Of a stretch of 64,000 nucleotides of DNA, positions 52,458 to 64,000 are shown piece after piece. Source of the stretch: Antedon mediterranea (taxonomy: Eukaryota; Animalia; Echinodermata); assembly GCF_964355755.1 (NCBI RefSeq), contig NC_092679.1:2572201-2636200 (forward strand). The letters are read 5' to 3'. The position numbers were made by a program, and so were the translations under genes. The notes under the pieces were generated by a model, which did not search any database, was not told where the DNA came from, and saw only the letters and a program-made list of their open reading frames with translations. Positions within the stretch are counted from its first letter, which is position 1. Each line of letters starts with the position of its first letter.

Positions 52458-53217
52458 GTTAGTTTCTAAGTATTCACGCTAACTGTAAGAAATGAAAACA
52501 AGCAATGACAACAAATATTTAGCCAACGACTGAAAATTATTGAAATGTTATCGTCAAGGGGCCACCTAGCAATATTTGCGTTACACAGAGGATGATCGAC
52601 TATTTTAATCGTCTTAAACCAATAATCTTATTACAGCTGTACAAACTAAATTTAGTTTTCTCCGGCAGAAGTGTAAGTGGACCGGCAATATTGCTTAACC
52701 GGCCGCACCTTTTCCCGAAAATTAAATCTGATGTGATGACGTCAGATTTGATGTACATGTAGGCCTATAATAATCATCGCCTTGAACATGGATTATATAT
52801 TTTTTTGACTGATGTTAACGTTATGCTATCACAAATACGATTTTGTTTTTGTTTTTTCTAGAAAGTTGTACTTATTTATACAAGCAGCACTAACACAAGA
52901 AAGCATTCATCCTATATGGAACTATTTAATCTTATATATCAATTGCTACTAATCAATGATTAGAGAAGCACACAATTGTTCTTGGCTGCGAGAAATCTTT
53001 TTATTTGAACACTTTCTGGATGGAAGGCACCAAAAAGTTAGCTCTAGTGTCATGAAGCTTGGTTTCCCTAAAAATGGCAGAAATCGGTGAATTTAATCCT
53101 ACGGCACCGTGTTACGTGTCGTTGGTCCTATATGCCTATACTTGTGACATGTTTTACGACACCTTGTGTTGATACGTTGCGTCTATGAAACACCTACTTC
53201 ACAGTTTACTCTACTAA

Positions 53218-53411
53218 AGCGTGGTTCCCACTAGAACGCAACGCAGCGGCGTATTGACGCAAATGTGCTGTATTGCGTAATCACAAGTGGGACCCGACGA
53301 CGCAACAACGCTGCAAACATCAGGTTGATTTCACGCAGGCGGGGGCAAACACAATTATTGGAAGGGTATTTTCTTACGTTGCGTAGGTTGCGTCGCTAGT
53401 GGAACCAAGCT
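53218..53411. mobile_element. MITE family A, intact copy
   Basis: agcgtggttcccactag...ctagtggaaccaagct. Confidence 0.85.
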
Positions 53412-53521
53412 TTACTAAACCCGAGCTTAAGGTTTGATGTTACTGAGATAATTCAGAGCTCTGCATCACATTTTATTCTACTTTATTGGTAGGCCTATCT
53501 GTAAAATTCTTTAATTTACCA

Positions 53522-54544
53522 TCAATGCAATTCCATGTGCAGTGCGTGTCCATCATAAACTGAGGTACAACTGGGCCGATGCTGTTGATTATGAGTATCC
53601 ATCTCTGGTGGTTTGTTTTGGCAACTTTTACATTTTAAACATTTAAAGATCGGTAAGTTATTTATAGCTTCACGGAATTCCGGGAACCGTCTCCAGTATA
53701 TGATAACATTTACTGCTGAATTCAATAACCCAAGATTTAGCAAAAAAAGCAGAGCTGTAGACGCTTCGTAGCAGTGTTCACTATCTGGAATCAAATACAT
53801 CTCAAAGCTTATGCGGATTGCTTCAAAACTCCATGGTAACCAACAGATTCCAAGCGCGATTACGATCTTATAATAAGCACGTACTACGAGTTTTGTTCGT
53901 TTGAAATCACACTTGCCTAACCTCTTTTTCTTCTGCTTGTCTATTTTGCGTATAGTGTAAAATATAGCCACGTATACGGCACTGACGGCAGTCATCGTAA
54001 CAACTACACTCCAAGGGCCGAAAGTGTAGATAAGTAATATATAATAGTACGGATATATAGTCCATGGTAGGATAAACCCGAGTGTGCAAACCCATAACAC
54101 TACACAAAATATAATTAGTTGCTTTTTCGTTGCTCCTCCAGTCGGTTTCTTTGCTCGAACGACTAAAATGTTCAATCTATCCACTGCAATAGCAAGATTG
54201 GTTAAAATCGAGATCTCCAGCAAAGCGACAATTATCGCATCTGCTACACTCGGAGGTGAAAACAACTGTATTGCTACCATAACACCAGTGATCATGTCAG
54301 TGAGACATAAGCTAAATACCAATATGTACTTTGTTGATCGAAGTTTTCTGCTTTTGGTAAATGCCCAAAGAACCACGCCATTTCCAAACAGAATTAAAAT
54401 AGTTATCACGAGAGCAAGCAGGTATAATATATACAGTAGATGTTTATTTCGGTACAGCGTAGTGGTTTTCAAATCAGGAAGGGTACAGTTTCTTGGATTG
54501 AAGCGTGTTGACTCCTGCTGGTGGTACGTCACATTCGAGTCCAT
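53522..54544 (-). CDS. Orphan class A GPCR, tandem paralogue, 340 aa
   Basis: GNGVV, SLCLTD, DRL, CWLPW, NSAVNVIIY; aligns colinearly with 51477-52457. Confidence 0.93.
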   Translation of the reverse strand: MDSNVTYHQQESTRFNPRNCTLPDLKTTTLYRNKHLLYILYLLALVITILILFGNGVVLWAFTKSRKLRSTKYILVFSLCLTDMITGVMVAIQLFSPPSVADAIIVALLEISILTNLAIAVDRLNILVVRAKKPTGGATKKQLIIFCVVLWVCTLGFILPWTIYPYYYILLIYTFGPWSVVVTMTAVSAVYVAIFYTIRKIDKQKKKRLGKCDFKRTKLVVRAYYKIVIALGICWLPWSFEAIRISFEMYLIPDSEHCYEASTALLFLLNLGLLNSAVNVIIYWRRFPEFREAINNLPIFKCLKCKSCQNKPPEMDTHNQQHRPSCTSVYDGHALHMELH

Positions 54545-54714
54545 CTTTATCTAAACTATTACTAATTAACAATATTTCATGCCTAGATATATGGTTCTTA
54601 TATTGTCGATTGAACAGTTTCCGGTGGTACTTTGTTGTTTCCTATTGTCAAGGCAAAGTAGGGATATAAACAATATGAATAATACATCGTTTTGTAAATC
54701 GCCAAAGAGATTAT

Positions 54715-54955
54715 ACGTGTATGGCGCGCCACGAGCTGTCATTTAATCGGAAATAAAGATATCTCAGTTTAAAACTAAGATTTCTCTATTAATAGAGATA
54801 TCTCTATCTAAAACTAATAAATCTCTATCAAAAACTAAGATATATCTATTCAAAACTAATATATCTCTATTAAAAACTAAGATAGGCCTATCTCTATTAA
54901 AAACTAAGATATCTGTATTGATTGAATCAATGACAGCTTGGCGCGCCATACTCGT
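54715..54955. mobile_element. Small TIR element with an internal tandem array of about 21 bp
   Basis: TIRs gtatggcgcgcca...agctgtcatt and aatgacagct...tggcgcgccatac enclose repeated aaaactaagatatctctatt units. Confidence 0.75.
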
Positions 54956-55059
54956 TGTTATTTCCCAAGTAAACTGAAGGATGTCTATGTAGTCAAGTAG
55001 GCTTCCTCAAGAAACAGGATTTAAGCAGTGTACGCGAAACATGGACACTGTCTCGTAGC

Positions 55060-55575
55060 CTAAATCCCTTTTTTTTTACTTTTTACAATTTCAATAGTTC
55101 TTGCAGTAGTTTCTAATGCCTTTTTTTTTACTTTTCACAATTTCAATTGTTCTTGCAGTAGTTTCTAATCCCTTTTTTTAAATTACTTTTCACAATTTCA
55201 ATTGTTCTTGCAGCAGTAGTTTCTAATCCCATTTTCTTTTTACTTTTCACAATTTTAATTGTTTTTGCAGTAGTTTCTAATCCTTTTTTTTACTTTTCAC
55301 AATTTCAATAGTTCTTGCAGTAGTTTCTAATCCATTTTTTTACTTTTCACAATTTCAATTGTTCTTGCAGTAGTTTCTAATCTCTTTTTAAAATTACTTT
55401 TCACAATTTCAATTGTTCTTCTATTTTTTAAAATAAAAAATAAATTTTTACAATTTCAATTGTTTTTGCAGTAGTTTCTAATCCCTTTTTTTTTACTTTT
55501 CATAGTTTCTAATCCCCTTTTTTTAACTTTTCACAATTTCAATTGTTCTTGCAGTAGTTTCTAATCCCTTTTTAG
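55060..55575. repeat. Minisatellite of about 50 bp, about 10 units
   Basis: tacttttcacaatttcaattgttcttgcagtagtttctaatccc(t)n repeated in tandem. Confidence 0.92.
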
Positions 55576-57496
55576 CTTTCGAAAAGGTTTTAATTTCAAA
55601 TTATTATTATTTTAAAACTAACTAAAGTTAAAAAATATTAAACACTTTTGAATAACGACATAATTGTACGATAATTGTAGGCGTATTATATAACTCAAGT
55701 GAAGCACTTTGATTTGATTTTCCAAGTACAAAGTAATAGAAACTAATACTTGTACTGTATTTATGTGCACAACCATAGCATATAATACTAATATTTAAGT
55801 AGCCCTATTTGATCTTGACTGACCTTTTATTGAAAGACAATAAAAATAATCTATTTTATGATAGTGCAGAAATTAACTGACAACGGTAAAAAAGACTGAA
55901 AAACAACAACAGTAGAACACTTGTTAAGGGAACACCTACAGTACAAAGTGTGCATTTACTGGAGTTTGTTGCACAGTAGTGTTTTAACATATATAATATG
56001 CGACATTACCTCCATTCGTTTTGCGGGAAAGTGTCCCCTTTAGGCGTCCCCCGAATGAGGTGTTCGACTGTACAATAAATATATAAACAGAGTTTATGCA
56101 AGACAACTTTGATTTATATTAATAATTCATGCTTACAAAGAAAAAGACTAAAACTTACCTCACTTACAAAAGATTTCAAAATGTTTGTTATACCACCAGC
56201 AAACCTCTGCCTGCACGTTTGTCCAAGAGTCATAAACCTTTATCCTTACTTAGCTACGGCAAGGTAATTACTTGATGTTATGGAATATAATACAGTTTAA
56301 ACCATATTATTTGTAAACTCAATAATCCCCTTTGACTTAGTGTATAGATATTGTTTTACGTTATTAAAGTGAATTATCTTGATATGTAACCTTTTTAATC
56401 TTTTTAAAAGCTCAAGAAAATCAAAATTCTCGTCTTGAAATTGAGTTTAAAAAAAACAAGAGACCGATTTTCTACTTTATATTAATATTGTAAATAATAT
56501 TAGGTTTTATAATAAATAAATATAATAAATAATAAATATATTTTTTAATGTATTTACACATGTACATTGTTAAGTCAACAAACATGAGTATGCATTGGAA
56601 TTTAAAGATTATATTTTTGTTTCCCTCTTTGATTATGGAACCAAAAGTGATGTATAAAGTTCATAAAAAATCTCATTCATATTTTATTTCTCGATATTTA
56701 TTGCTATAATTTCTATTATATTTAGAGTAAGTACAGAATCTGTTTTTGGCTTTAGTCTATTCTCATTTTTTGGATCATTATTCATTGGTGACCAAATAAA
56801 TATCAATATTTTTATTATCAAACTCCTGTGTGGAATTTAATTTATGTTGGTAGTAAGCATTTAGTTGAAGGCAGTAGTTGAAATGTGATAAGATACAATG
56901 ATTCTGTTAGATTAAATAAATACACTTTATTAATTTTTTTTTCAAATTTAATTTAGTATTAACTTACTACAAGATACCAGTATTTGCGACATAGATTATC
57001 ATCATGTAATTTATATGGGAATAAATTTAATGTGATGGTTAAAATAATGAAATAGTTATTAAAATGTCATCATCATGATATATCTTATTATAACTCAAAA
57101 TTTTATTTTTAACCCATCAAGGCCTATGGGGTCACAGTTTTTGAAAGAGTACACCAAACTTAGAATATATTTTCTTTTGTCAAGATTTTTCAACATTTTT
57201 AAATACAAGAATATTTCTAGAGTTTCTTTGTCTTTGAAATTATTTTTAAGTCACGAAAATGGTACAGCGCCCCCTATAGTTGGTCAAGATTTTTTTTAAA
57301 TAGATTTGATTTAAACAAGCTGTAGTTTTATTTTGTACCATACTTATCTCATAATTTAATAATTTTAAACATAAATATATCTAAAAAAATAATTTTAGGC
57401 ATACTTTTTTCTTTCTTATTGTTGTGTTTAATATCAGTTAAGTAATTATAAATGTTGTGTTCTTATATTAGTTAAGTACCTACTCTAAAACCACCA

Positions 57497-59068
57497 TCAC
57501 ATAGTGGCATTTAGGAAGTGTAGCAACTCGGCTCGGTTTCTGTCACGCTACAAATGCAGCACCATGTGTTACAAAGTCACAATCAACAATTACCATAAGA
57601 GAAAAAATAAAAAATAAACTATGGTTAATGTGTTTCTTTATTACTTCTAATGTACGTTGAATAAAAACGTTTTTAAATTGATTTTTAGAACTAGTAAATT
57701 AAGTTTTTTAGATAAATTAATTAAATTATTATTATAAAATAGAAGGAAAATCTTACTTCTTTATCCTTACTGCTTTTCTTCATTTTCATTTTTATCTTCT
57801 TCCCTGAAATAATACTTCTTGAAGTTTCCTTGTCTTTTTGTTCTTTCATAAACTAGAGAAGAAAAAAAAGGGAAAAAAAAGGACAAAATATTGTCCCATG
57901 ACATTTTTTTTTTTACATTTTTTGTTTAATATGCAATTTTAATGTTACATAACAGTTATTCACTTTGACCATAAATTAAATTGAAAGAAACCTTATTTCC
58001 CTGAAAAAATCAAAAAAAAAAATCAATTAAATTAATGCAAACAAATACCATACTAAATTGTCTGTCAGACAATAGTTTTTGGTTACAATAACTTTTTATA
58101 CGTGAAATAATTATTAACAACATTTTTTTTCTACAGAGGTGAATAACATTTTTAAAACTACAAAATAGCCTATTCAAAGTCGGATTTTATTATTCTTCAT
58201 TTTTCATGTTTTTGGGGACAATATATCTATGGTTACATAACTTTTATCAGAATCACACCATTTGGTTCCAATATTTCCCATTTCTACACAGAGGCAAATA
58301 TAACGCTTACTTTTGATAACTGAACTGGTCCAGCATTTTTGTCTGATTTACTCTTTTTGGATTTCTTTTTCTTGTTCTTCTGAAATGAAAAAATAGGATG
58401 TAAATGTAATTTATAGAATAAAATACAAAAATCAAACCATGTGTTTTTGTAGTGATGAAAGTGCGCCCTCTATGTAATGGTATACAAACCTTGAGTTTTT
58501 TCTTCTTTTCTCTGGCTTTCTTTTTCCTTCTGTCTACTACAAAATAATCATAAATAAAATTATTATACTAATGAAATAATCTTTTTTTCTCAATAATTCT
58601 TAAATGTTTATTATTGGTCAAATAAATGTTACCAAACAATTTAAACAACAATCAAATAGAAGGATTTACTGTAGAATGAGGGATTGCCATAAAATATAAA
58701 TTTAAAATGAACATACAGGAGGAGTCGGAAGAATCTGAACTTGAGTCACTGGAACCACTCCGCCCCTTTTTCCGTCTTGATTTATGTCGGTGCTCAGTCT
58801 TGGAATCACTTGAATCTGTAGAACTGCTGCTACTACTGCTACTGCTGCTAGAGGAATGTCTTCGTTTCTTTTTCTTCTTACTTTCTTTGTTCCGTTTTCT
58901 TGATCTACTTTGAGACGATGAACTGCTGGAGTCTGATGAAGTTGAATTGGACCGATGTTTTCTCTTTTTGGGTTTCTTTTCTCGTTGTGTGTCCTTCCGT
59001 GATATCCGATGATCATCTTTTTTGTCAATAGAATTACTACCTTTATGTTTTAGTTCACTTTTATACAT
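57497..59068 (-). CDS. Uncharacterised Ser/Lys/Arg-rich (probably nuclear) protein, 5 coding exons, about 204 aa
   Basis: Exons 58717-59068, 58490-58536, 58311-58379, 57757-57852 and 57497-57547 are in phase. An in-frame TGA lies upstream of the ATG. Ends GPVQLSKF...RSIISGKKIKMKMKKSSKDKERDRNRAELLHFLNATM-stop. Confidence 0.82.
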
Positions 59069-59784
59069 GTTTAAAGTACTGACTACTGGTACCAACTTTC
59101 ACTACAGTAGAAGGGAAAAAAAAGAAAACAAAATTGTTTATGTTTATTGATTTGAATGAATAAAATCACACATTATTTATCTTCAATTCTCGTTTCAAAA
59201 TAAAAAACTATGGGGCGAATCGACTCTATAACTACAACAGTCAGACAACGGCCAGCTAGTCCAAGTAAGTAGCATTGAAACACTTCTAGGCTATAATAGG
59301 CCTAGCTAGCTAGATTAGATAATGATACTCAACTATTCCGCTAGCTAAAACTTGGTTAGGTGAATATATAAATACCTTTATTTTATATGCATAGAAATTG
59401 ATCTTTCTTAGATATTAGTAGGCCTCAGTTTCTCTATAAATAAACTCTGACGACTCGGATCAAAACTGGTACGTCACACGTCACTCACTTTTCAACGGAT
59501 GCGAACCACAAGTTTTACAAATATTGCCAGAGAAAATGAAGTGTGAATTATTTGTATGTTTTGTATTTCACATTTATTTAATAATTAGTTAGTACAAATT
59601 ATACATATATTAATCAAATATTTATGGTAATACTGTATATAAAACAGAATGATTATTAATATTAAAACATCCTACGTGGCAACAAATTTCGACTTTCTGG
59701 CAATAAGAGTTTTCATATTGGAATGGATCTCTTTAGTTTGCTAAACTATTTTCTCTACAATATGATTTTGTTTAGAATTTTAAA

Positions 59785-61167
59785 ATGCTTTGTTACCATG
59801 GAACTTCGTTAATTTTACGAAAAAGAATAGTACAAACTGTCGCTAGTCATGCAGGAAAGGTATGATTTTATTCATGGTGGTAATTTATGTACTATTGTTG
59901 AATAAAATTGAAAGTCTAGCCTAGGCCTACTACTACTAGCTAGGGCCAGGCTACTTACTTAGCTAGCTAGTAGGCAGGCCTAGACGAATCCTCTCTACTA
60001 CTATACTAGACTATTCTGTATTCAATTCACACAGGCCTGTATGTAGTAGGATACTAATCTATTATTAGACTTCTATAGGTTGGGCCCGGTCGGATATTTT
60101 GATATAAAATGTTAATATATGCTAAAAATAAAATTATATTTAATGTTATTGTGATAATATTTAATTGTACGTTTTATACATTTTTATTGTAAAAAACTGT
60201 CAAAATACTGATTAGATAGTAGGTTTATTCCGAAACTGAAGACCACCCACCCTCTGTGATAATTAATTTTTGGGGCATTGTGGCGTGACGCGAGATAGTT
60301 TTCTACAGTATTCATACTAGGCCTACACTGTACAGTCTTTAACTTTTGTGTTTGGTTTTTCAGGGAACCAATGCATTTTCTGAAAACGACAACACCACTC
60401 CCCCTTATTTCAGAAATAATGACTGGATTGGCCCCATAAACAAACTTTCTAATATTCGATTTATCGAATACAAGAGGACAGAAAATGAAAGCAATGTTGA
60501 AAGAGCATATCGGAATATGAAGGAAGACAATTTAAAGTGGAACCATGAGTTTTGGGAGGAACAAAACAAATGTTTTATAAAAGTAAATAATGTTGCGTTT
60601 TGATACAATAAAAACATCACCATTTATATATTTATATTAGACATGAAAAGAGAGGAGACCCATTCCCCACCATTTTCAACCAAATATATTATTATACACC
60701 CATTGTTGCTTGTTGATTTGTTTTACACTTTTAGGCCAAAGACCAATTCACAGCACAGATGTTCAAGCTAAAAGGAAGCAGTGTTGGCATGAATGAGGAT
60801 GGTTAGTGAAATTGCTATTTTATTGACATTACAGCTCAGCAAGAAATGATAGAGCAACATGGAAGGACACTTTTTATCATGTGCTTTGCTCTCAACCTTA
60901 ATTCAACCATTGAGGAAATATATAGATTTCCCCCATGATTCAACAGCCTAAATGTTAAGTTGTAAATTTCTCTTCTCGTCTTTATTTGCAGGAACAAAGA
61001 TGGTTTTATCAACTGATGAAATGGCTCAGTTTTATCGACTGTTTCTCGAGGAACAAAAAGAACGAATGACGAAGTATAACAAAGACTGGTACCGCAGGAA
61101 CGTGGCAACTATCTTACCAGGATTTAGAGTCTTTTTGCATCATGTTACAAAGAAATTGTTTTCATGA
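59785..61167 (+). CDS. COA8: Cytochrome c oxidase assembly factor 8 (APOPT1), 4 exons, 178 aa
   Basis: Exons 59785-59859, 60364-60582, 60735-60801 and 60992-61167. Motifs DWIGP..LSNIR, WNHEFWEEQN, EMAQFYRLFL, YNKDWYRRN. The N-terminus is basic and presequence-like; the exon 1 start is inferred. Confidence 0.9.
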
Positions 61168-62308
61168 TGCCAATAACTAAGGTCTCCGACTTAGGAGACA
61201 TAATCAACAGAGCATGCAATAAAGTGCCATTTATGTTGTGAAGGTTATTATAAGAAATATGGAGATGAACTAATGCTAGTTTGTCTGAACACTTGAATCA
61301 TGTGATTGATTCAGTATCTATCTCTTTTCCTATCCATCTCTTTTCCTATCCATCTCTTTATCTATCTATCTAGATTAAATAGAATTGAATATAGGAAACA
61401 AGAAGCAATATCCAGGATAATTGATGGAAGCTATTATGTCCTAAAGCATAAAACGTGTTTTGAGAGAAAACTACAATAATCTTTGTTTTATACTTGTATG
61501 ACAATTTCCTTTGTATACCATTTATATGAAGGTATTTAATAAAGATAATTTAAACTGAACAGTATTCTGTGGGCATTATTAAAAAGTACAGAAGTCCAAA
61601 CTGCACACTTTTTGAACAGTAAACATACTTAAACTACCTTTAAAATCAACAACCATGAATGCTTAAATCACTATTATGGCATCTACCATTAGCATTATTT
61701 ATTGGGTATAATAATAATAACAGTACAAAAAAATAAGCTTTACATAATGCTTATCAAAACAAAATTGCAAGAAAGGCTATCAGTATGCAAATAGCCTTAT
61801 TTACATATTTAGAGAAGGCAGGAATCTTCAATACACTGCATCAAAACACTAGTTAACATAAAAATGCATCTACATGTTATTGCTCTACCAATGACAAATA
61901 CTACATGCCAACTTAATACATATTAGTACAAATATGTACTTTTTATGTAAAGTTTTTAATTGTAAACCACTGAAACCTGTATTGGTGTGAAACCACACAA
62001 AACATTTTGGATATACTTGGCCACCTTCCAGAATTTAAACAGCATATGCTTAGCTTGGAAAATATATTATTTCAGTCAACAAGTTTTTTAGACTTATATA
62101 TTTCACACAACTTATTACAACATTTATATTTTTATTTGGCATTTAAATAATATTGACATAGAAGAACAGAAGTATCAGTTATAATATTGATTGTAGCAAC
62201 AGTTTCCCTGGCAAAGCACCTAGCCTTGGTTCCGCTTTACTCTGGCCCAAAGCGTAGCGACTTCCACCTTCAATTTGATTGTGTTAAATCTACTTCTGAA
62301 TGTAACTA

Positions 62309-63766
62309 TTATCTTGAGGTATTAACCTGCAAAAAAAACAAAAAACAACCCAATTTTATCAAAGTTTCATGCATATAAAAGTTATGAGCAGTTTGTCTAA
62401 GCGCAGAGCAACCGAGTATACTTACGATATCGTCAATTTTCATGATACTTCTGACTGTTTCTGAAGCGAGTTGAATTGCACTGATGGACACTAGGACAGG
62501 CTGGACAACGTTTTCATCAAGAATGTTCGTAATAGCCCCCTGAAACACAAACAAATCTTGGTATTTATTTAACACTAACCAAAGGGAGACTTTGAATAGG
62601 TAATTTTTAGTTTGAAAAAAGTTAACACTTTCGTAGGGAAAAAACCTCAAAAAATGTTTTCACTTATAAAATGACAAAATAAATGGTTAAATTCAGACAA
62701 AAATCTATTTTTTTTCGGAGGGAAAATATATCTTTAACATGAATGTGGTGCATCAGTGGTTCCTTGGGGATCTTCATTGTCAAAGATGACTTGGGGTTGG
62801 ATTGAGTATGCATCATTTGCACAACATATTCATCTATACATCCCATTTGATTAATAATTTGATTATTACTGACCTTTCTAACATTGATACCAGCGGCCGT
62901 TTCTCCATGGGCATGCCTATTCCTAAGATCTGTGACGACCGATATGGGATTCAATCCAGCATTCTCTGCCAGGGTCGACGGAATCACTTCCATAGCTTCT
63001 GCAAAAGCTCTAATACAATATGCTTCTAATCCCGACAGGCTTCTTGAGTACTCCATCAAACGGTAGGCAACTTCAATCTCCGGTGCTCCACCTCCTGCGA
63101 TCAATGCCCTGTTCTTGACAAGACATCGGATGACACAGAGAGCATCATGGATGGATCTCTCGGCCTCTTCCATAACCAGTTTATTGGAACCTCTTACTAA
63201 CACTGTGACAGTCTTGCCTGGATTAGCAGCACCTGTGACCTGTAAGAAAACAAATCCAACATCTTCTAAATCTATGATTTAATACCAGGATTAAGAGGAT
63301 ATAGGTGTACATTCTAGCAATAGCAAGTTTTTGCTTCAGGATAATAGAAAAAGGTTGATAAATAGATTACAAATGGAACGGTTTATACTGGCCTCATGCA
63401 CATATAATATTTTGTATCCTTCCGTCTACAATACCAACATCATATCAACACCATATTTAAGCATACCACTACCATATTTGGGCACATCAAACTAGTTTGA
63501 TAGTGTAGACGAAGCTTAAGCCTCGGAATTGTGCATCAGTGGTTCCTTGGGTAATCCACATTGTCTCCCCAAAAAGAAGAACTGAGATTTCGATTGAATA
63601 TGCATCATTTGCACAATATATTGTATCATTTATCTGTACAGCCATTCATTAATTTTACCTTAACAGCTTTGCTTGTGCCTGCAACAACCTCCTCTACTAA
63701 CTCAGCTTGAGCGAGCATATCAGGTTGGAAGTGATCAATGCTAGCAATCGGCTTGCAACCAATACT
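62309..63766 (-). CDS. CCT4: T-complex protein 1 subunit delta, last four coding exons (5' part lies beyond the window)
   Basis: Exons 63659-63766, 62874-63239, 62426-62539 and 62309-62326. Motifs [60 protein letters not shown]. Confidence 0.96.
62748..62822 (-). ncRNA. SNORD42: Box C/D snoRNA, SNORD42/U42-like (copy 1), in a CCT4 intron
   Basis: Reads GTGCA-AATGATG...ATGAAGA...CAAGGAACCA-CTGA-TGCAC: terminal stem, box C, C'-like box and box D. The guide AAGGAACCA is complementary to 18S UGGUUCCUU, as in vertebrate U42. Confidence 0.85.
63420..63516. mobile_element. MITE family B copy in a CCT4 intron
   Basis: ttccgtctacaat...catatttgggcacatcaaactagtttgatagtgtagacgaagct. Confidence 0.7.
63529..63616 (-). 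ncRNA. SNORD42: Box C/D snoRNA, SNORD42/U42-like (copy 2), in a CCT4 intron
   Basis: TTGTGCA-AATGATG...CCAAGGAACCA-CTGA-TGCACAA. Confidence 0.85.
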
Positions 63767-63889
63767 CTGAAAAAAGTAAAGTGAAAGGTGGTTAACATGC
63801 ATGCCTTATAATCCCGAGGGCATAGGTTCAAATCTGGCTCTGACCATTCAAAGCAATAGTAATTATACACATGTTTAATAATAGACTTA

Positions 63890-63977
63890 TTGTGCATCAG
63901 TGGTTCCTTGGGGGATCGTCATTGCCTCCGTATTACAAAGTACTTGGAGTTGGATAGAGTATGCATCATTTGCACAA
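63890..63977 (-). ncRNA. SNORD42: Box C/D snoRNA, SNORD42/U42-like (copy 3), in a CCT4 intron
   Basis: TTGTGCA-AATGATG...ATGACGA...CCAAGGAACCA-CTGA-TGCACAA. Confidence 0.85.
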
Positions 63978-64000
63978 GCTATTAAGAACGTCAAAAAGAC

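Overview
AT-rich metazoan genomic DNA with GT-AG spliced genes, most likely from an echinoderm, because it carries the echinoderm creatine-kinase-derived arginine kinase. I reconstructed the exon chains by hand from splice sites and reading phase. In order: the 5' end of Meis/homothorax (-), FAM89 (-), arginine kinase (-), an orphan two-exon single-pass membrane protein (-), a 13-exon GDSL phospholipase B-like gene with an N-terminal Gly/Gln repeat and a GPI-type tail (-), two intronless class A GPCR paralogues (-), a Ser/Lys/Arg-rich gene (-) head-to-head with COA8/APOPT1 (+), and the 3' part of CCT4 (-). CCT4 carries three intronic SNORD42/U42-like box C/D snoRNAs. Intergenic and intronic DNA holds tRNA-derived Deu-domain-like SINEs, several MITE families and mini/microsatellites. 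Top finding: the arginine kinase stop codon overlaps a consensus splice donor that joins in frame to a hidden downstream exon. That exon adds an Ala/Glu/Lys linker ending KKKSSTCSLL, a polybasic CaaX box, which predicts a prenylated, membrane-anchored phosphagen kinase isoform. Family assignments are from recalled motifs, not database searches.
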